From: an uncultured delta proteobacterium
GTDB taxonomy: Bacteria > Desulfobacterota > Desulfomonilia > UBA1062
DNA: 64,000 nt
Direction of reading: 5' to 3'
Assembly (NCBI GenBank): GCA_963798485.1
Contig: CAWCTR010000007.1
Location: 544,001 to 608,000, forward strand
Shown here: positions 58,695 through 64,000 of the stretch, piece after piece
How the letters are laid out: every line of letters begins with the position of its first letter
How positions within the stretch are numbered: position 1 is the stretch's first letter
Notes under the pieces: model-generated
Seen by the model: only the letters and a program-made list of their open reading frames with translations
The model's database searches: none
What the model was told of the DNA's origin: nothing
Translations under genes and position numbers: made by a program

Positions 58695-60485
58695 ATGAGT
58701 ACAGGCATCAAACACGAACGGCTGGGCAAGTGGGTTTCCGAGGTGGCTGATATGTGCAGGCCCGAATCGGTCATCTGGTGCGACGGCAGCAAAGAGGAAT
58801 ACGGCCGCCTCATGGCGGGCATGGTTGCAAGCGGCATGGCAACCCAGCTTAAGAAGCGGCTGGGCAGCTTCCTTTTCCGCTCGGACCCGAGCGATGTCGC
58901 CAGGGTGGAAGATCGCACGTACATCAGCACGCCTGATAAGAATGAAGCAGGCCCCACCAACAACTGGGTCGATCCGGCAGGGCTTAAACAGACCATGAAG
59001 GCGCTTTACAAGGGGTGCATGAAGGGTAGGGCCATGTATGTGATCCCGTTTTCCATGGGTCCCATCGGGTCGCCTATCAGCAAGATCGGCATTGAGATCA
59101 CGGACAGCCCGTATGTCGTGTGCAACATGCACATCATGACCCGTGTGGGCACAAAGGTAATAGAGGCCCTGGGCAGCCACGGCGAGTTCATCCCCTGCGT
59201 CCATTCCGTGGGTGCACCGCTGGAGCCGGGTCAGAAAGACGAAGTGTGGCCCTGTGCACCTATCGAGAAGAAGTACATCAGCCATTTCCCGGATGAAAAC
59301 CTCATTTGGTCCTACGGTTCCGGCTACGGCGGCAACGCCCTATTAGGCAAGAAGTGTCTGGCGCTGCGCATCGCATCCGCCATGGCACGAAGGGAAGGGT
59401 GGATGGCCGAGCATATGCTCATCTTACGCCTGACAAACCCCGAGGGCGCGCAATACCATATCGCCGCTGCCTTCCCGTCCGCCTGCGGCAAGACGAACCT
59501 GGCCATGCTCCAGCCCACCATTAAAGGCTGGAAGTGTGAGACCATCGGCGACGATATCTCCTGGATGAAGACCGGCCCTGACGGCAGGCTCTATGCCATC
59601 AACCCAGAGGCAGGGTTCTTCGGCGTGGCGCCGGGCACCTCCTATACTTCAAACCCCATGGCCATGGATACCCTGCACGAAAACTGCATCTACACCAACT
59701 GCGCACTCACCGACGATGGCGACATCTGGTGGGAGGGGATGGACGGCGAGCCCCCAGCGCACGCCATTGACTGGAAGGGTCGCGACTGGACGCCTGATAA
59801 GAAAGAGGTGGCGGCCCATGCCAATGCCCGCTTCACCGCGCCTGCCAAACAATGCCCGTGTATCTGCGCCGACTGGGAAAAGCCCGAGGGCGTACCCATC
59901 GATATCTTCGTCTTCGGCGGCAGGAGGGCAGGGGTAGTGCCGCTTGTGAATGAGGCATATGGCTGGGACCACGGCGTATTCCTGGGCGCGACGGCCTCTT
60001 CGGAGACGACAGCGGCCAATATCGGAGACATCGGGGCCCTCAGGCGCGACCCGTTTGCCATGAAGCCATTCTGCGGCTATAACATGGGCGACTACTTCCA
60101 GCACTGGCTGAATATGGGCGACGCTCTGGGCAAGAACGCCCCGCGTATCTTCTATGTCAACTGGTTCCGCAAAAGCTCTTCAGGAAAGTTCCTCTGGCCG
60201 GGCTTCGGCGAGAACAGCAGGGTATTGAAATGGATGTGCGACCGCATCGACGGCAAGGCCGGCGCCCGTGAGACGGCAATCGGCCTGCTGCCAAATGAAG
60301 GCGACCTCGACCTGAAGGGTCTGAACATCGCACAGGAAAACCTGCACGAACTCCTGAAGGTTGACAAGGATGTGTGGAAGGCCGAGATACCAAGCCTGGA
60401 GGAGCACTTTGCCCAGTTCAAGGACAGGCTGCCCCAGCGCATTATGCAGCAGCTCGATGCCCTGAAAGGACGGCTGAACAAGTAG
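58695..60485 (+). CDS. pckG: Phosphoenolpyruvate carboxykinase (GTP)
   Basis: [28 protein letters not shown] and GDDI motifs. Confidence 0.97.
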   Translation: MSTGIKHERLGKWVSEVADMCRPESVIWCDGSKEEYGRLMAGMVASGMATQLKKRLGSFLFRSDPSDVARVEDRTYISTPDKNEAGPTNNWVDPAGLKQTMKALYKGCMKGRAMYVIPFSMGPIGSPISKIGIEITDSPYVVCNMHIMTRVGTKVIEALGSHGEFIPCVHSVGAPLEPGQKDEVWPCAPIEKKYISHFPDENLIWSYGSGYGGNALLGKKCLALRIASAMARREGWMAEHMLILRLTNPEGAQYHIAAAFPSACGKTNLAMLQPTIKGWKCETIGDDISWMKTGPDGRLYAINPEAGFFGVAPGTSYTSNPMAMDTLHENCIYTNCALTDDGDIWWEGMDGEPPAHAIDWKGRDWTPDKKEVAAHANARFTAPAKQCPCICADWEKPEGVPIDIFVFGGRRAGVVPLVNEAYGWDHGVFLGATASSETTAANIGDIGALRRDPFAMKPFCGYNMGDYFQHWLNMGDALGKNAPRIFYVNWFRKSSSGKFLWPGFGENSRVLKWMCDRIDGKAGARETAIGLLPNEGDLDLKGLNIAQENLHELLKVDKDVWKAEIPSLEEHFAQFKDRLPQRIMQQLDALKGRLNK

Positions 60486-60544
60486 AGACAAACACAAGAA
60501 AAGACCACCGGCAGGGGTCGTGCATCATTTTCATGCGAACACCA

Positions 60545-60649
60545 GTAGGTTGGGTTGAACTTGTGAAACCCAACAACAAGACTTAAAATAGCATCCATTC
60601 AAATATTCAGATCTTGATGTGTTGGGTTTCGTTCCTCAACCCAACCTAC
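60545..60649. repeat. REPIN-like inverted doublet of GTAG REPs
   Basis: gtaggttgggttgaacttgtgaaacccaaca (60545-60575) and inverted tgttgggtttcgttcctcaacccaacctac (60620-60649). Confidence 0.8.
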
Positions 60650-60663
60650 TGACTTACTAATCG

Positions 60664-60780
60664 GTCATTGCGAGGAGCCGAAGGCGACGTGGCAATCTCG
60701 ATAAAACCAGAGAAGTGCCAAGATGCAGGGATTGTTTCGCTGCGCTCGCAATTACTGACATAGGGTTATGCAAAGGTCTC
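60664..60780. repeat. GTCATTGCGAG-type palindromic repeat doublet ending in an IS/MITE-like terminus
   Basis: gtcattgcgaggagccgaaggcgacgtggcaatctc (60664-60699) with inverted partner gggattgtttcgctgcgctcgcaattac (60728-60755), then gttatgcaaaggtctc. Confidence 0.7.
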
Positions 60781-60892
60781 AGGTGTCAAGCGCGGTCCCT
60801 GCCGTTTCTTTCTCTGGCTACCTGACTTTTACGAGCCTTATTGACTCCATATGCCATAGGATTGTATGACAATAAGGCGAATGAGGAGGCTT

Positions 60893-62008
60893 ATGAATCC
60901 GCATCCTGAAATAATGCCTTTTGTGGAATCAGTGAAGTTCAAAGGTTCTCGTCTCAAAGATGCAGCCTCTCAGGGAAGGAAGGTCATCGGCTACTTCTGC
61001 ACCTACACCCCCATCGAGATCATCCATGCGAGCGGGTTTTTGCCGGTGCGTATCTGGGGCGGGACCGGCCGGATTGAGAAGGCCTATTCGCTGGTGCCGA
61101 ACTTTATCTGTCCGTATATGAGGCTTTCCCTGGAAGGGGCCTTGAACAATGAGTTCTCGTTTCTGTCCGGGATCGTGCAGGGATATACCTGTGATGTGGC
61201 CTGTGGGGTTGTAAATATCTGGAAGGATAACTTCAGTATGGAACTCTGCCACAGCCTGCCTTTACCCTATAACGACAACCGGGATGCACGCGCATTCCTG
61301 CAGGCCGGCATTGAGGAACTCGCTGTAAAGCTGACGCGGATAGGGGGCAGCCTCACGGATGAATCCCTCACAGACTCGCTTGAGCTTTATGAAGAGATAA
61401 GGACGATCCTTGCATGGATATTCAAAAGACGCGCCAAGGGCAACCTGCCGCTTACCGCCAATGATGTCCTGAGCGTTGTGCAGGCATACTTTGTCACGCC
61501 GCCCCAAGAGTACCTGGGAATGCTCAAAGGTTTGATGGCGTACCTGAAGGACGCCCCTGTAGCAATAACCAAAGGAACAGCGGTCCTCGTATCGGGTAGC
61601 GTCATCGAGGATGTACAAGCCTTTGCGATCATCGAGCGCCTTGGCTTCAAGGTTGTTGCCGATGATCTCTGTACGGGCCGGCGTGGCTTCATGCCCATTG
61701 CCGGGCAAGGGGAGACACCCATGGAGCGGCTAATAGACAGGATCATGAACAGGTTTCCCTGCCCCTCGCGATCGCACGCAAAAGTCAGGGTGCCGCTCCT
61801 CATGGAACTCATCAGGGCATCTCAAGCAAAGGGGGTCATCTTCGTATTTCAGAAGTTCTGCACGCCGCACCTGGCAGATCACCCCATGGTTGCACAAGGA
61901 TTAAAAGATGCAGGTATCCCCAGCATAGCAATCGAGATGGATGAGTCCGGGCTCATGGAGGCACAGGCGGCGACAAGGCTGGAGACCTTTTGGGGCATGC
62001 TGGGGTAA
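60893..62008 (+). CDS. 2-hydroxyacyl-CoA dehydratase / benzoyl-CoA reductase family subunit (HgdB/BcrC-like)
   Basis: GYFCTYTPIEIIHA, ICPY, TCD, DDLCTG and KFCTPH motifs. Confidence 0.88.
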   Translation: MNPHPEIMPFVESVKFKGSRLKDAASQGRKVIGYFCTYTPIEIIHASGFLPVRIWGGTGRIEKAYSLVPNFICPYMRLSLEGALNNEFSFLSGIVQGYTCDVACGVVNIWKDNFSMELCHSLPLPYNDNRDARAFLQAGIEELAVKLTRIGGSLTDESLTDSLELYEEIRTILAWIFKRRAKGNLPLTANDVLSVVQAYFVTPPQEYLGMLKGLMAYLKDAPVAITKGTAVLVSGSVIEDVQAFAIIERLGFKVVADDLCTGRRGFMPIAGQGETPMERLIDRIMNRFPCPSRSHAKVRVPLLMELIRASQAKGVIFVFQKFCTPHLADHPMVAQGLKDAGIPSIAIEMDESGLMEAQAATRLETFWGMLG

Positions 62009-62024
62009 TAAATGGGGCAATAAG

Positions 62025-63272
62025 ATGGAAACGAACCGGAAGTCCACGAAACGCTTAAACACGGCCAAAGACCTCGCAAAAGTGGTGGCGGAATATTACC
62101 TCGAGTGCCACCAGGCCAAGGCCTCGGGTAAGCCCGTCGGCTGGATGCCCCCCATGAACGGGGCCATAGAGGTATTTTATGCCATGGACCTGCAACCGGT
62201 CTTCCCGGAGAACTGGTCGCCCGTGTGCGCGGCCTTCGGGCTGACGCCCGCCAACTTCGAGGTCTCCGAGCGCCTGGGCTATTCGGGCGATCTGTGCGGA
62301 TATCTGCGCAATATCGTAGGCTATGTGCATGGCGACATGAACGGCCCTGCTGTCCCGCTTGGCGGCCTGCCCGAGCCGGACATGGTCCTGTCCTTCGGCG
62401 GCGGGTGCATACCGGCCATGAAGATCTTCCAGATCATGGAAGAACGTTTTCCCAAGGCAAAGGTCTTTAGGGCGGACGGTCCCCAGGTGGCGGTGGAGGA
62501 CATCCGTGACCACCATGTGGCCTATGCGGTGAGCGAGATACACCGGCTCATAGATTTCCTCGAAGAGACAACCGGCAGAAGGCTCGACATGGCAAGGCTT
62601 GCCGACGTGGTAGAGCTCTCGGACAGGGCATGCCTGCTCTGGGACGAGATCATGTCTTACCGGCGGTTCATACCCACCCCTATCTCGGCAGCCGAGATCG
62701 GCATCATGTTCGTCATGGTCACCAGGCAGGGCACGCAAATCGCCGTGGACTTCCTCAAAGGGGTGCGTGACGAGGTCAAACAAAGGGCAGAGGCGGGAAT
62801 CGGCGTCATCGAGAACGAGAAGATCAGGCTCTTCTGGGATAATATCCCGCTGTGGTACAACATGGGCCTGTTCAACTACTTCGAGAAGATGGGCGGCGTG
62901 ATGGTTGCCGAGACCTATTCTGCAGCCTGGTCGCTCAGGCTTGACACGAAAGACCCCATCGAGGCCCTTGCAAGGAAGGGCCTCATGTCGTATTCGCTGG
63001 TCTCGTGTTTATCCGTGGATCGCCGCAAGGAGATGGTGCTTAAGGCCTGCCGCGACTACAAGATCGACGGCGCCGTGTTCCACCAGAACAAGTCGTGCGC
63101 ACCCATCACGTTGGGCCAGGCGGATATCCGTAAGGCCTTATCCCATGAACTCGGCATCCCTTCCATCACCATCGATGCAGACCATATGGACAGCCGTAAC
63201 TTCTCCTTTGCCCAGTTCCAGACCAGGGCCGACGCGTTCATGGAGATGCTGCTCCAGAAGAAGCAAGGCTGA
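62025..63272 (+). CDS. 2-hydroxyacyl-CoA dehydratase / benzoyl-CoA reductase family subunit (HgdA/BcrB-like)
   Basis: FPEN, DLCGY, GLPEPD, NKSC and IDADHMDSR...QTRADAF motifs. Confidence 0.88.
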   Translation: METNRKSTKRLNTAKDLAKVVAEYYLECHQAKASGKPVGWMPPMNGAIEVFYAMDLQPVFPENWSPVCAAFGLTPANFEVSERLGYSGDLCGYLRNIVGYVHGDMNGPAVPLGGLPEPDMVLSFGGGCIPAMKIFQIMEERFPKAKVFRADGPQVAVEDIRDHHVAYAVSEIHRLIDFLEETTGRRLDMARLADVVELSDRACLLWDEIMSYRRFIPTPISAAEIGIMFVMVTRQGTQIAVDFLKGVRDEVKQRAEAGIGVIENEKIRLFWDNIPLWYNMGLFNYFEKMGGVMVAETYSAAWSLRLDTKDPIEALARKGLMSYSLVSCLSVDRRKEMVLKACRDYKIDGAVFHQNKSCAPITLGQADIRKALSHELGIPSITIDADHMDSRNFSFAQFQTRADAFMEMLLQKKQG

Positions 63273-63385
63273 AAACCACTCTTTATTATAAAATAATTCA
63301 TCTTTATTATAGTGAATAGTGAGAGTATTAATTAATTTACCATTAAGTATTGAAACAGTCCTATATTTCTTAAGGGGAGGTTTCT

Positions 63386-64000
63386 ATGGCAGAGTCTAAG
63401 AAAAAGAAACTCGGGGTCAATCAGGTTCTTGCAGTCCAGGTAGTGGTGAGCTTCGTCGTCATCGCCGTTTTGATCGTGGTAGGGGGATTACTTGTCTTCC
63501 GTGTCATGGGGACCGAATACACCCAGTTCACCGTGGCAGGGTTCATTGCGACGGTATACATGGCATTCATTACGTTCCAGCCCGCAGGCACCCTGTTTGC
63601 GGCACGCAAGGAGCTCATCGAGGGAAAGGTGGAGCTTCCAACAGGGGGAGATGCAGGGGCGGATAGGCCTGTGGGGAACCCCTGGCTCATGACTCTTCCT
63701 GTATCGTTTCCCATCGCCTTGTTCTGCACGGCGATCATCGTGGGTATCATCTATGGAACCGGGTGGACGCCGCGCCCACGCATAACCTTAGCGCTCTCGT
63801 TGCTCTATGTCATACCGCACTACCTCATTACCAGCCGATTCATCGGCCATGACCTTACTATCTTCGCAGCCAAAGGACTAGGTGCCTATGCCGGGGTCAT
63901 ATCGAAGAAGGAGTATTTCTGGAAAACATACATGCTGCCCAATGTCATATTTCAACTCATCATAAACTGTCCGATCGCAAACAGAGGGTTCCATCAGGAA
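63386..64000 (+). CDS. Hypothetical integral membrane protein (3'-partial)
   Basis: ATG after aaggggagg; MAESKKKKLGVNQVLAVQVVVSFVVIAVLIVVGGLLVF...; open to the window end with several hydrophobic segments. Confidence 0.75.
   Translation, partial: MAESKKKKLGVNQVLAVQVVVSFVVIAVLIVVGGLLVFRVMGTEYTQFTVAGFIATVYMAFITFQPAGTLFAARKELIEGKVELPTGGDAGADRPVGNPWLMTLPVSFPIALFCTAIIVGIIYGTGWTPRPRITLALSLLYVIPHYLITSRFIGHDLTIFAAKGLGAYAGVISKKEYFWKTYMLPNVIFQLIINCPIANRGFHQE

Noticed and set aside
62001-62024. Short tandem repeat tggggtaataaa/tggggcaataag between the dehydratase genes
   Set aside because: Two imperfect 12-bp copies spanning the stop and RBS; likely a local duplication with no evident function.

Overview
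Bacterial chromosomal window. Gene content suggests an anaerobic delta-proteobacterium (Desulfobacterota-like); this is inference. From left to right it carries: a three-gene secreted module (giant Ig-repeat/beta-propeller protein, carboxypeptidase-regulatory-like protein, Zn-phospholipase C/P1-nuclease-like protein); fbp; a complete IS4-family element with 19-bp TIRs and an 11-bp target duplication; a trpEGDCFBA operon with an unannotated WWW leader peptide and full attenuator; and tRNA-Ser(GCT) carrying a ~7.5-kb integrase-less island (type III R-M, AlbA_2 ATPase, collapsed SNF2 helicase) bounded by a 72-bp direct repeat. Next come priA, a HEAT / ParA / coiled-coil / coiled-coil operon, PrsK/PrsR with a sigma54-driven PEP-CTERM gene, and housekeeping/catabolic genes (rlmB, OYEs, acyl-CoA dehydrogenases, ilvD, amrS, M18 peptidase, polA, serC, a TPAT/TRAP transporter, pckG, a 2-hydroxyacyl-CoA dehydratase pair). 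Several REP/REPIN-type repeats are present. The top candidate for a novel system is the HEAT/ParA/coiled-coil operon, which looks like a compact, non-myxobacterial PomY-PomZ-PomX division-site-positioning system with an extra fourth gene. trpE, trpF and ilvD are frameshifted, probably through sequencing indels. All family calls come from motif recognition by eye; no searches were run.
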